Below are positions 8,891-18,006 of a stretch of 64,000 nucleotides of DNA, piece by piece. The stretch lies in the IMG/VR virus record IMGVR_UViG_3300036791_000540; one strand, given 5' to 3'. This stretch comes from an uncultured virus (IMG/VR IMGVR_UViG_3300036791_000540). Lineage: Duplodnaviria > Heunggongvirae > Uroviricota > Caudoviricetes. Each line of letters begins with the position of its first letter. The stretch's first letter is position 1. A program made the translations under genes and the position numbers. The notes beneath the pieces were generated by a model. The model did not search any database, was not told where the DNA came from, and saw only the letters and a list, made by a program, of their open reading frames with translations.

Positions 8891-9160
8891 TCATTTACGT
8901 CCTTTCAGTTTGTCGCCGACCATGCCCGCTCGGACGATTTGAGCCTCTGTGAGGCGAGGATCTGTGTCGATCTCAAATTGTTCCTCCCGTGTCGGCTTGC
9001 GGAGCTGCAAGTCCTTTGTGAAAATGCTAACAGCACCACAGCTAAGGCACATCGAATAATCGCCTTCTTTTGGCTTGGCATCGCCGAATGCTTCGGTAGT
9101 TTTATCCATCTCGTAACTGCATTGACTGCAGCGTTGCACTGGTATCTCAGTGGAATCCAT
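8891..9160 (-). CDS. zinc-ribbon protein
   Basis: CSQC...CLSCG. Confidence 0.65.
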   Translation of the reverse strand: MDSTEIPVQRCSQCSYEMDKTTEAFGDAKPKEGDYSMCLSCGAVSIFTKDLQLRKPTREEQFEIDTDPRLTEAQIVRAGMVGDKLKGRK

Positions 9161-9374
9161 TTATGAATTTCCTCATCTTTTCAGGTGTATCGAGCTGGCC
9201 TGCGAAGAGCAGCTGCATCCCTAGCCCGATACCAGCGTGATTGGCTGTTTCGGGATGCTTACGCAGGTCACTGCCCATGCTGGCAAAGGCTTGGTTAACG
9301 TCGCCAATATCGCAATATTCCAATGCTCTTTTCTTGCACCATTCGAGATGCTCTTCTCGGGTTGGCTCGCTCAT
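9147..9374 (-). CDS. hypothetical phage protein
   Basis: HLEWCKKRALEY...KHPET pattern; in operon. Confidence 0.75.
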   Translation of the reverse strand: MSEPTREEHLEWCKKRALEYCDIGDVNQAFASMGSDLRKHPETANHAGIGLGMQLLFAGQLDTPEKMRKFINGFH

Positions 9375-9522
9375 GGCAAGTCGTCAATTCCCTTCAGGCG
9401 TTCTCGCATTTCTCTAACTTTCGCGGCACTGAGATAATGTCGTTCCCGCAATTTTCTGCCCCAGATCCTACGGTGCCATGCATGGGTATAGATCAAATCC
9501 CAGAGGTAGTAACACCAGTATC

Positions 9523-9726
9523 TCATTTCTTTTGCCTCTTTAATTTCTGTATCTCTGCCGCGTTATTCCATCGGCAGGTATAGGAGCAAAATTTGTGGTT
9601 ATGAGTCTGCGGCAGGAACGGATTGCCGCAATAAGGACATTTACGCATCCGCTCCATCAATGAATCCACGGCTGCTTGCGCTGCTGCACCTTTGTTGGCG
9701 AACTCACGTAATTGGTCAAAGGTCAT
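9523..9726 (-). CDS. small zinc-finger protein
   Basis: CPYCG..F......FCSYTC. Confidence 0.65.
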   Translation of the reverse strand: MTFDQLREFANKGAAAQAAVDSLMERMRKCPYCGNPFLPQTHNHKFCSYTCRWNNAAEIQKLKRQKK

Positions 9727-10823
9727 TTATGCAAGATCCTCGGTTTGCGTTTTTCCAGCTCGATAACATCCGCGAGGATCGTGTTGACGATTGCCTTAGC
9801 TTCCTTCGCCGAGCAGCCAGTCGCTTTCCGAATTTCTTCTTCGATGCCGGTGATTGACATCTCGCACCTGTCCATGATCTGTTCCCGAGTAAGCGTCCGG
9901 TCGAGCACAAGCAGTGAGGCGGCCTTCCGCACGTTCGTGATCAGGCGAACCTCGATCTCTTTGCCAAGGCTGAAGCCTTCCATGCCGCCCTTCTCGATCC
10001 GCCGCCGGATCTCTTCCACCAGCGGCCCTGAAACAAGGCGCGCCAGCGCACAGGCGGCGAGTAAGCTGGCAAGCTGGGTATCGTTCGCCTGCGCGAGGCG
10101 CGCTTCAACGATAGCCAACATTTTAGGTTTGGAAAATTCTTCCCGCATCGCCAGTTCTTCAAATGGAACCATCTCCTGTGTCACCGCTTCGCGGAGCGCC
10201 GGGCAGATCGACCGGGCACGGCAATATCTGCATTGCTCTTCTCCGGGCACCAGAGGCGCATCCGGATCTTCAGTCCTCTGGAGGATCTTTTCGATCTGCA
10301 CCCGTGCAAACGCCTTGGCGTTCTCATCGTATTTTGCAATTGTGATCCTGTCCGCGAACGGCAGTCGTGGCTGCGAGATCGCCACATACACCGTCGGCGC
10401 TGTGGCCAGAATTGCGTAAGCCCGCAGCTGCAGATTCACATCCGCTGGCGCAACTGGCGACCACCCAAACTTGTCATCGATAATGACAGTCGTAGCCACC
10501 TCTGGTTTGTAGTAAGTCCGTATCAGATCTGGATGCCCACTGATCAGGTCGTCGTGCATCTCGGCTTCGCGCGCGTCAATGTATTCGCCCTGAAGCCCGA
10601 TGGTCTCGAATATCTGCTTCTCCAGTCGTTCAGCGATCCTGAGCAGATCCTGCTCCTCCTGCGGCAGAATCCTGCGCTCCCAATCTGGATGCGCGCGGTA
10701 ACCGTGCAGCCTGTCGCCCTGCTCGGATTCTTTGGTCTTGATGTCGGGCAAACCCTTTTGCATCCGCACACTGCCCGGGCATAACAAGTACTGATAAGTG
10801 CTGGAAGCACGCGGTTGCGTCAT
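9723..10823 (-). CDS. PD-(D/E)XK (Cas4/DUF2800-like) exonuclease
   Basis: N-terminal CPGS, G..D, DDK, QL.AY, and C-terminal CxxC-x5-C; close to an annealing protein gene. Confidence 0.8.
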   Translation of the reverse strand: MTQPRASSTYQYLLCPGSVRMQKGLPDIKTKESEQGDRLHGYRAHPDWERRILPQEEQDLLRIAERLEKQIFETIGLQGEYIDAREAEMHDDLISGHPDLIRTYYKPEVATTVIIDDKFGWSPVAPADVNLQLRAYAILATAPTVYVAISQPRLPFADRITIAKYDENAKAFARVQIEKILQRTEDPDAPLVPGEEQCRYCRARSICPALREAVTQEMVPFEELAMREEFSKPKMLAIVEARLAQANDTQLASLLAACALARLVSGPLVEEIRRRIEKGGMEGFSLGKEIEVRLITNVRKAASLLVLDRTLTREQIMDRCEMSITGIEEEIRKATGCSAKEAKAIVNTILADVIELEKRKPRILHK

Positions 10824-11305
10824 GGCGAAAACATCTTCTTTATCTTTTCAACGATGCCCTCATCCTTCTTCGGTGCGTCCTTCGGCGGAACGACGCCGCC
10901 CGTCTTCGGTGCCTGCTGCGCGTGCATGTTCTCTGGGCGATACGCATTTTGATACGGGTTAAACCCATGGCTCGCGCACCATTCCTCCCACGTATGCTGA
11001 CGCTGTGCTTGTGCCGCTGCCGCCCGTTGCGCTCCCATCCTCTGGGCTTCCCTCATTATGTCGCCCCAAGCGTTCGCCGCCTGCTGATACTGCGGCGCGG
11101 ACGCTGAAAACGGTCGAGTCATAGAGGGGAAGGGCGGCGGTGCCAGCAATCCTCCCTCAAGAGCTTTGATCAATTCAACTCCTGACGGGTATCGTTTCCG
11201 CATCGACTGGAAGAACTTTTTTGCGGCTGACGCCATTTCGGGCTCCCGCGCGGCCTTATCCATCGCCAGCATCAGGAATTTTTTTTCGATGTCGGAAAGA
11301 TTCAT
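10820..11305 (-). CDS. hypothetical protein
   Basis: Coupled 161-aa ORF. Confidence 0.65.
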   Translation of the reverse strand: MNLSDIEKKFLMLAMDKAAREPEMASAAKKFFQSMRKRYPSGVELIKALEGGLLAPPPFPSMTRPFSASAPQYQQAANAWGDIMREAQRMGAQRAAAAQAQRQHTWEEWCASHGFNPYQNAYRPENMHAQQAPKTGGVVPPKDAPKKDEGIVEKIKKMFSP

Positions 11306-11311
11306 TGCTCA

Positions 11312-12289
11312 TCAGATGACCGTCCGAGTTTTTTCCAATTGTTCCTCCACAGTGGGCCATTCCTCTTCGGACAAAAACACCTCGAACATGCCATCCGGGA
11401 CATCGTCCATCGATTGCCACACTTTGCCTTTGCCCAACCATTCGTGACGATTCGCGAGTCCCAGAAAAGAGTCCTCGGTGTAATTGCCGACTGCCAACCG
11501 CTCAGCCAGTGCTTTTCGATATGGGCCAATCTTACCAGTCTCGATCAAAGGGGCTTCCTTCTGCGGGGGCGGCGTCTTGACTTGGAGTTTTTTTTTCGGG
11601 GCGCGTTTTTGAGGCTCAGGCTTCTCGACTGGCAGCGGGTGACCTTGCTTTGTGAAATGTGTCTGAGCTGGGGCAGCTGTTTGCTGCTCATTTGATCCGC
11701 CGCCAGCAACATCGGTAATGATGTCCTTGGTGACCGTTGAAATCTTGGGCTCGCGGATCTCCACCGCTTCTGCCTCAAGGATCTCGTATTGCTCACGCAT
11801 CCCCATCAGGATGTCAGGACAATAAACCCTCCCGAAGAATGTCCCAGATCGATACATCAGCATCAACTCGGTCAGGTTTTGCCATTTTGGATTTCGCGCC
11901 CACCAGCCTTCCTTCTTTGCCATCTCAATGCTCACGGTCGGCCCGCGCAGTTCGTTCCCGTCGAGATCATCGGCGACCGCGACGCATTCGGTTTTGTCAT
12001 GGTTAAACTCAAATCGCAGTGCGCTAAATCGCTTCGTTGAATTGACTGCAGCAATCACAAATTGGCCGCTCCAGCTGGGTTTGCCATGCACAATGTAGAG
12101 GCTCTGCATGACCTGTAACACGCCTGCGCCTACCCGGTGGGCCATCTCCAGTGCGATTAAGCAATTGGCGGGCGAGCCCGCGAATTCCTTCGGTATGATT
12201 GTGGATCGAGAGATCGATTCGGCGAGGTGTTCCAGAGCTGGCGATAACATCGGCGGCTCCTGTTTTATCATTGCGCGTTCGTGATTCAT
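11312..12289 (-). CDS. RecT/Red-beta-like single-strand annealing protein
   Basis: IP..F...ANC.IA...Q.LYIVHGKPSW...MAK.EGW...KW....MLMYR..F.R..CPD. Confidence 0.8.
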   Translation of the reverse strand: MNHERAMIKQEPPMLSPALEHLAESISRSTIIPKEFAGSPANCLIALEMAHRVGAGVLQVMQSLYIVHGKPSWSGQFVIAAVNSTKRFSALRFEFNHDKTECVAVADDLDGNELRGPTVSIEMAKKEGWWARNPKWQNLTELMLMYRSGTFFGRVYCPDILMGMREQYEILEAEAVEIREPKISTVTKDIITDVAGGGSNEQQTAAPAQTHFTKQGHPLPVEKPEPQKRAPKKKLQVKTPPPQKEAPLIETGKIGPYRKALAERLAVGNYTEDSFLGLANRHEWLGKGKVWQSMDDVPDGMFEVFLSEEEWPTVEEQLEKTRTVI

Positions 12290-12367
12290 CTGATATTTGT
12301 CCTTCTGGTTGGTTGTTTGTTGGAGCGTCCCGGCGCGAGGTTTTTGCATTCCTCGCGCCGGTCTTGT

Positions 12368-12772
12368 TTATTTGTTCTCTGTTGGAGGAGTTGGCGGCGA
12401 CTCTTCCGTTGGGGGAGTGTCTACGTCTGGTGGAGCTTCTCTGACACGGCGCGGCGATGCTTCACTGCGCGACCATATTTCTGGATCTGGCGATTTTGGT
12501 ATCGGCAGATCCAGTATCCAATTGCGCTCCCTGAGCGCGGTCGTCATCTGTGCTGCCAGCTCGCAGGCGCGTTCAACCACTTCTGGGACTGTCTGCAACC
12601 GGAGCTTAGCTCTTCCTGCCTCGTCGACGCCGTCTTCGACGGCAGCGATCACAGCGAAGCGTTCCGCGAATCTGATTGCCAGATCGCCTTCCTCATTCGG
12701 AATGTGCTCTCTAAGGACTCTGACTTCTTCACCGCCCCCTCTGCCACCCCATTTGATTAACTCATGCTTCAT
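12368..12772 (-). CDS. hypothetical protein
   Basis: 134-aa ORF in operon. Confidence 0.65.
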   Translation of the reverse strand: MKHELIKWGGRGGGEEVRVLREHIPNEEGDLAIRFAERFAVIAAVEDGVDEAGRAKLRLQTVPEVVERACELAAQMTTALRERNWILDLPIPKSPDPEIWSRSEASPRRVREAPPDVDTPPTEESPPTPPTENK

Positions 12773-12804
12773 CTACTGTTTTGTCTTTCTTGTTTGTTGT
12801 TTTG

Positions 12805-13374
12805 TTATTTTCCGTTTTTCCCTTCCAGCCGCCGGATCTTACCTTTTTTGAGAAGCACTGCTAGCTCAACGTAATTATCTGGCATCTTGAAAGCCACGAC
12901 ATCTTTGATTAACGCGATGGCTTGTCTGTCCGACAGTTTGTGTTCGCTATGCTGAATCACGATACGCTTCAAATTGGCTGCCTGAATGCCGTCACCGCAT
13001 CGTTGGTTTAAAAATAGCCATGTGATACCAAGAGGGTCATCCAAGCTATCCTTGAGGCTCATAACTCTGATGCCAACCGCAGCGCGACCATGCAACGCAC
13101 AGCACATCGCAGCGTCGACCGGTTTCTTCACCTCCCGTTCATCATAGCCATTGTCGTAATAGAAATCTGTCACCAGAATGGTGCACAAATTCGCGTCCTC
13201 TAGCCGCTTTCGCGCCCGGGGAAGGTAGAATGCAACCTTCTCAACTTGAGAAGGTGTAGGTGCCTCCTTCAGTGCGTAGGCGCGCTTGGTCAGTTCTTCC
13301 AACCTGAGTGAATGCTCGCCATCTGTGAACGCGGCATAGACATGATCCGCCACTCTCCGTGGATTCGCGCTCAT
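12805..13374 (-). CDS. hypothetical protein downstream of ParB-like gene
   Basis: GGAG upstream; 189 aa. Confidence 0.7.
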   Translation of the reverse strand: MSANPRRVADHVYAAFTDGEHSLRLEELTKRAYALKEAPTPSQVEKVAFYLPRARKRLEDANLCTILVTDFYYDNGYDEREVKKPVDAAMCCALHGRAAVGIRVMSLKDSLDDPLGITWLFLNQRCGDGIQAANLKRIVIQHSEHKLSDRQAIALIKDVVAFKMPDNYVELAVLLKKGKIRRLEGKNGK

Positions 13375-13379
13375 GTGGC

Positions 13380-14444
13380 TTAGCTCCGGTTGAGTAGCTG
13401 ATGGACTTCACGTCTTGGAATCCCCTTGCCAGATTTCACCATGCCAGCGAGTTGCTTCGCGCGGTTGGAAAGCGATTCCAGATCAGCAATGAGCCCTTTC
13501 CGATTCCGTTCGTCGACGTCATCAACGACCTTGATGATCTCCAAAATCATCTCGGTCAGCTCATCGCGAGGTGAAAGAATTTCGCCCAATTCACGGCTCA
13601 GCTTGAGGCAAAATTCGGCAACATCTGGAAGACGCTTTGGACGCTTCTCGATTTTGTCGACAATTCGTGCCGCCCGGTCACCGGCTGATCCTCGTTCCTT
13701 CTGTTGGCGAAAACTTTTCGCAATAGCTGTGCCCACTGCCCGCGCTTTTGGAACAGCTTGTTCCCGCGTCGGCGTGTGCTTGGATTCTTCGCGCCATGCG
13801 AGCGTGGCATTAGTCTCCTTGACCAAGACCTCGGCTTGCCCCAGCGACAATTCATAGAAGTCCTTTTCCTTCAACACGCCTTTCTCGATCAATTCCAGAG
13901 CATCCAACGCAATATAGATTTTACCTGCTGCTTTGGTTTCGGTTTCCATCCAGCCGATCAACTTGCCAATCGTCCCGGCGTTATAGGAATTTTCGACTTC
14001 GCCGAAAATTCCCTCTTGCTGCTTGAATGACGGCGCAATGCGGCGTCCTCCTCTTCCTGCTCCAGCCGGATTTTCCAATTTAATTCGGCCTGCGGCAAAT
14101 GCTTCGACGACAGCTTTCACGGTTTCCATAACAACGATGGCGCTGGTGCCATATTCCTCCATGTTGTCATGGGCCATCATTTTCAGCATCATGGCATCGT
14201 CCAGCTTCCGGTCGATGACCTCGATCTCGTGATTCGGCCCAAATTCCTCGCGCGCGGCCACAGCTCTGTGATGGCCGTAGGCTTGTTCGACGCCACCGCC
14301 GTTTTTGCGCACGACAATGTTGGGCCAGACACCGCCAGTGGCGCGAAAGCTTTCGCGCAAAGCGATCACTTTTTCTTTCCGGATCGGGTAGTGATCGATG
14401 TTCCGATACGGATTTGGTTTTAACTCCTTGAGTTTAATTTTCAT
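13380..14444 (-). CDS. ParB/Srx N-terminal domain protein
   Basis: LKPNPYR, I.VR, GHHR..A, DN motifs. Confidence 0.8.
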   Translation of the reverse strand: MKIKLKELKPNPYRNIDHYPIRKEKVIALRESFRATGGVWPNIVVRKNGGGVEQAYGHHRAVAAREEFGPNHEIEVIDRKLDDAMMLKMMAHDNMEEYGTSAIVVMETVKAVVEAFAAGRIKLENPAGAGRGGRRIAPSFKQQEGIFGEVENSYNAGTIGKLIGWMETETKAAGKIYIALDALELIEKGVLKEKDFYELSLGQAEVLVKETNATLAWREESKHTPTREQAVPKARAVGTAIAKSFRQQKERGSAGDRAARIVDKIEKRPKRLPDVAEFCLKLSRELGEILSPRDELTEMILEIIKVVDDVDERNRKGLIADLESLSNRAKQLAGMVKSGKGIPRREVHQLLNRS

Positions 14445-14608
14445 TGTTGTTTGTTTGGTTCGGCGAAAAGCAGATTCTCAAACTGGATTCCAAACAGGAG
14501 CAGCTCATTCGAAACTACCTTGACCTTCAGCCTGCGCCGTTTGGCGATGACACTGATCGTCCGCCGAACGGCTGGCACGACCTCAATTGTCGACCTTCTT
14601 TGCGCCAT
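14441..14608 (-). CDS. possible ribbon-helix-helix regulator
   Basis: 55 aa with STIEV strand followed by two helices; directly behind a promoter. Confidence 0.45.
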   Translation of the reverse strand: MAQRRSTIEVVPAVRRTISVIAKRRRLKVKVVSNELLLFGIQFENLLFAEPNKQQ

Positions 14609-14611
14609 GTT

Positions 14612-14657
14612 GTATACGTCTGGCAATTCGTATACGGCTAGCTTTTGGCGGTGTCAA
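14612..14657 (-). promoter_or_regulatory. sigma70-like promoter with two GTATAC palindromes
   Basis: TTGACA (14657-14652), 17 bp, TATACG; GTATAC at 14612-14617 and 14630-14635. Confidence 0.6.
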
Positions 14658-15075
14658 GAGTCAACTGCAAGAAAAGTTTGTTGGTGGTTTCGACCGCCTT
14701 GTCATAGTCGTCGATCACGAAGCACAACCAGCCGTTCGCGACCATTCTGGCCATCATTTCCTTTTGCACTTTGGTCGCCTTTTTGCCCGGCAACTTGATT
14801 TCATACGCTACCGCGCACCCTTTCAGCGCGAACAGAAGATCCGGCGTCCCGAGGGCGGTCGTCGTCTTCTTGTCGGTGCGCGACCGGATCACCACCGTGT
14901 TATTGCGCTCAAGAAACCCGGCGATCTGATCCTGCAGTTCCTTCTCGCTTCTAGCCTCCCACTTTGTCAGGTCTTCTTCGGGCTCAAGCAGCACTTGACC
15001 CAGCGTCCCTTGCGCGAATATGTGCGGGTTGGAGTCCCTGAAACTCTGGCTCGCATGCGGGAATTCCTGCTTCAC
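14638..15075 (-). CDS. VRR-NUC domain nuclease / resolvase
   Basis: SEKELQ..I, GTPDL, YEIK, Q motifs. Confidence 0.85.
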   Translation of the reverse strand: MKQEFPHASQSFRDSNPHIFAQGTLGQVLLEPEEDLTKWEARSEKELQDQIAGFLERNNTVVIRSRTDKKTTTALGTPDLLFALKGCAVAYEIKLPGKKATKVQKEMMARMVANGWLCFVIDDYDKAVETTNKLFLQLTLDTAKS

Positions 15076-15428
15076 AGGCGATGTAGTTGTCCGTGATCAA
15101 GTGCACAGCGCCATCGCACAACTAACGGCTTCGAATAATCATCGTGGTGCCCGTGCGATTTCGAGTTGCCGCAGATTTCGCATGGCTGACGAACAATCTT
15201 ATCAGCGCGAACTGCTTTCTGAAGCGCTTGCTGCGCTTTTCTTTTTTCAGGGTTCGCTTTGATCCAGTTGCGATGGGACTCATGTACCTCGTCACAATTA
15301 GCTACACGCCGCTTGCTCGCACGCTCACGCTCCTGTTCCAGATGGCTCTCTCTGTATTTACGCGTGTAACCACGCGCCTGTTCAGGATGCGCTTTGCGCC
15401 AGTTACGCCAGTATTCCGCCGTTGCCAT
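15072..15428 (-). CDS. HNH-like endonuclease, copy 2
   Basis: PCEICG...HHDDYSKPL.VRW.C..H. Confidence 0.75.
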   Translation of the reverse strand: MATAEYWRNWRKAHPEQARGYTRKYRESHLEQERERASKRRVANCDEVHESHRNWIKANPEKRKAQQALQKAVRADKIVRQPCEICGNSKSHGHHDDYSKPLVVRWRCALDHGQLHRL

Positions 15429-15469
15429 CCTTGAAGCTTTCGCTGGCCTGTGAGAATTCCGGGTTCAGT

Positions 15470-15556
15470 TTAGTTGGATGGCCAAAGGTTAACCACCACC
15501 AACGCGATGAAGAGAACGATTAGAATCGTCCATCCGATGTGATGATGCTCGTTCAT
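15470..15556 (-). CDS. 28-aa membrane peptide
   Basis: MNEHHHIGWTILIVLFIALVVVNLWPSN; ATGA overlap with the upstream gene. Confidence 0.45.
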   Translation of the reverse strand: MNEHHHIGWTILIVLFIALVVVNLWPSN

Positions 15557-17106
15557 GGCGGCATCAGATTCGCGCTGTTACCTAAGCGCTTTGCAGCCTG
15601 TTTTGGCGACAGGGCGTACTTCATTCCAAGTGCAAACATAAGCTGGTGGTCTGGCCCGAAATCTTTCACCAGACCGCCGTTGGCCAGATATTGCATGAAC
15701 TCTTTCGGGATCACACCACCCTCTTTCATGCCCTGCGCGCCCTTCGCGGCCTGCGCGGCTTCCTCCGCTTCTTGCTGTTTCAGCGCCATGAGCATTGCCG
15801 GGGCGCTGTACATGCCCGGCGGGCCAAATTGGTATTTCTGCGGCCCTTGCGCCGGGGCTTGCTTTTTCTTCGATGGTTCTCCAGCCGCCGGGGACGCTTG
15901 CTGGCGCGGTGCCTGAACGCCACCGAGAGTGGGAAGCCCAGTCTGTTGATCTACCGCCATGCCGCCGGGGTAAACCACGCCGCCGCCCTGAAACGAGTAC
16001 GGATTTTGCCCTTCGGGCACGTACCCGGCTGGATTATCAGTCCAGTCTAAGATGTTTTCGCCTCGGATCTGAATCGGACGTGAACCGACGAGGCTGCCTC
16101 TGGCACGCGGATCGGCGTAGTAATACGCTCCAGCGCCTTCGGTGGCATAGTTCCTCTCTACTTTGCCCGTCTTTGGATCGACTTCCCCGCCCTCCTGATA
16201 ACCGCCAAGCTCGCCAGCGTAACCTGATAGCTGCTGCGGCGGACGCATGAGCATCTGGCCGGTATAGATCGGTCGAGCCATCTGCGGCCTCATGGCACTC
16301 ATCGCCTGCTGATACGCCATCAGTTGCCGCGCATTATGCAACTCTGGGTAACCGCCACCAATCACGCCGCCGCCCTGATATTCGTTCTCTGGCGCGGTCG
16401 CTTCCATGCCGGGGCTGCCACCTCGCACAGGTGCCCAAGGAGGGTTGCCCGTCGCGTCTGTCGCCACGCTCTGCGGCGGCGGCATCGAAAGGTTCCGTCT
16501 CGCAACCTGAGTGTGCATGGGTCTCGGGTGCATCAAGGAGTGAGGGAACTCGTGTTCCGGCGTCAGCTCCCCAGCCGGAGTCAAATCAATCACGCCACCC
16601 TCCTGATATCGCGGCGGGATCACGATGTCGCGGTTGGCTGGCGTGTCTTGATGCTGCTGGCTGATCTGCTTGAGCGTCTCGTAGCCGGGCGCGACCATTC
16701 CCTGCTGGGCGTAATAGCGACCACCCGCGCCGCCCTCTGGCTGATCCACCGGGATGGCATATGGGTAGCCCTGTGGATCGAGGAAGGCTTGATCCATCAT
16801 CTGCCCGCCTTGCGGGCTGTAATACGTAGGGCCGCTGGCCATCGAACTGAAATCGAACCCGCCGCGCCCAGCACCGAGCGGATGATCAGCAAAATCAGGA
16901 TTGAAATTTGGACTGTCAGCCGCCCTGACATCAAACGGGCCGACCGCTTCTTGCCTGCCGCTCCCGGCATGAGGAGGGCCGAAAGGACTGCCGCCGCCCA
17001 GCATTCGCCTGCCATCCGTCGCAAAACGTTTGGCTCCAGCGCCGCCGCCGTCATCTGCCGAAAATCGTCCGGTCAAGCGTAATAGGGCGTCGGCAGGAAT
17101 GGCCAC
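15553..17106 (-). CDS. low-complexity protein with repeated [YFML]xxGGx[VI] motifs
   Basis: YQEGGVI, YQGGGVI, YQEGGEV, FQGGGVV, MKEGGVI, LANGGLV. Confidence 0.75.
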   Translation of the reverse strand: MAIPADALLRLTGRFSADDGGGAGAKRFATDGRRMLGGGSPFGPPHAGSGRQEAVGPFDVRAADSPNFNPDFADHPLGAGRGGFDFSSMASGPTYYSPQGGQMMDQAFLDPQGYPYAIPVDQPEGGAGGRYYAQQGMVAPGYETLKQISQQHQDTPANRDIVIPPRYQEGGVIDLTPAGELTPEHEFPHSLMHPRPMHTQVARRNLSMPPPQSVATDATGNPPWAPVRGGSPGMEATAPENEYQGGGVIGGGYPELHNARQLMAYQQAMSAMRPQMARPIYTGQMLMRPPQQLSGYAGELGGYQEGGEVDPKTGKVERNYATEGAGAYYYADPRARGSLVGSRPIQIRGENILDWTDNPAGYVPEGQNPYSFQGGGVVYPGGMAVDQQTGLPTLGGVQAPRQQASPAAGEPSKKKQAPAQGPQKYQFGPPGMYSAPAMLMALKQQEAEEAAQAAKGAQGMKEGGVIPKEFMQYLANGGLVKDFGPDHQLMFALGMKYALSPKQAAKRLGNSANLMPP

Positions 17107-17113
17107 GCTTCGG

Positions 17114-17142
17114 ATATTCCTTCAGGATGCTTTGGGTGTCAA
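17114..17142 (-). promoter_or_regulatory. promoter, probably giving a leaderless mRNA
   Basis: TTGACA, 17 bp, GAATAT; 7 nt to the GTG start at 17106. Confidence 0.5.
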
Positions 17143-17183
17143 AGAGAAAACCCGCAGCGGCCACGGACTGCAGCCGCTGCGGG
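17141..17183 (-). terminator. intrinsic terminator
   Basis: CCCGCAGCGG / CCGCTGCGGG stem followed by TTTTCTCTTT on the minus strand. Confidence 0.7.
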
Positions 17184-17437
17184 CCTATTTTCCTCACCTG
17201 TCGAATGGCGCTTTACTTTGCTCATCCAATCTGGGCCACATGCCGATATCTAGTCAAGCCCCAATTTTGATAGACAGATGCTGTGTATAACGGATCTCCC
17301 AGCGGTTTTTCCCGAGACCCCGAAAAACGCGTTCAATCTTTTTTTGAGAAAGTTTTCTCATAGGGAGATTCGTTAGGCCAACCTCGAAAATGGGCCTTTT
17401 ATCAATTTATCGAAAACCGAGAATTGTCTAAGTATGT

Positions 17438-17794
17438 ATGCAAATAGAAATAGGTAAAGTCAAAGAATGGCACGATCCGCGCGACGAATCCTGCCCCCAT
17501 AACGGGAACGTCGCTCTGGATTGTGGATGCAAACGACCAAGAAAGAAGAAGCCCTACCGCCGCGTCGTTGTCACCGACGACGGGGTAGGGCACCGCGTGA
17601 ATCCAACTCTCATCTTCGAGATCTATCCGAATGGGACTGTCGCCTTGCGGGAGAAGAAGCGCAAGCAGCGGTTCTATATCGCGGCCAGCCTGCTCTACTC
17701 GCTCCTGATGCAGCGGGCCGCGCTGGCGCACCTCGCTGCCAAGCGCAAGGCCAGAGCGGATCGCAAGAAGGCAAGGAAGGCGGTGCGCCGATGA
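17438..17794 (+). CDS. basic hypothetical protein
   Basis: First gene of a + strand cassette after an AT-rich intergenic region. Confidence 0.65.
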   Translation: MQIEIGKVKEWHDPRDESCPHNGNVALDCGCKRPRKKKPYRRVVVTDDGVGHRVNPTLIFEIYPNGTVALREKKRKQRFYIAASLLYSLLMQRAALAHLAAKRKARADRKKARKAVRR

Positions 17795-18006
17795 GCAGCG
17801 ACCACGAGAGACTAATGCGCGTGCTCTGGGAACAGCTCGGTCAGGGCAATCACGGTGCCGTCTGCAATCTCTTCGCCTGCGTGCTGACTGATCGCGAATG
17901 CGCGGTCAGTGCGCTGCGGGAGATCGTCAAGGTCAAGAACACCAAGGCAGCTGTCATACGCCGAGCCAACGCCGCGCTGGCCTACATCGACAGGAGGAAT
18001 CCATGA
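17791..18006 (+). CDS. hypothetical protein
   Basis: ATGA-coupled on both sides. Confidence 0.6.
   Translation: MSSDHERLMRVLWEQLGQGNHGAVCNLFACVLTDRECAVSALREIVKVKNTKAAVIRRANAALAYIDRRNP

Noticed and set aside
9723..10823. Cas4-like nuclease as evidence for CRISPR-Cas
   Set aside because: It sits near a RecT-like gene; an ordinary phage recombination pair
13380..14444. Plasmid-prophage partition system
   Set aside because: No ParA ATPase or parS array found in the window
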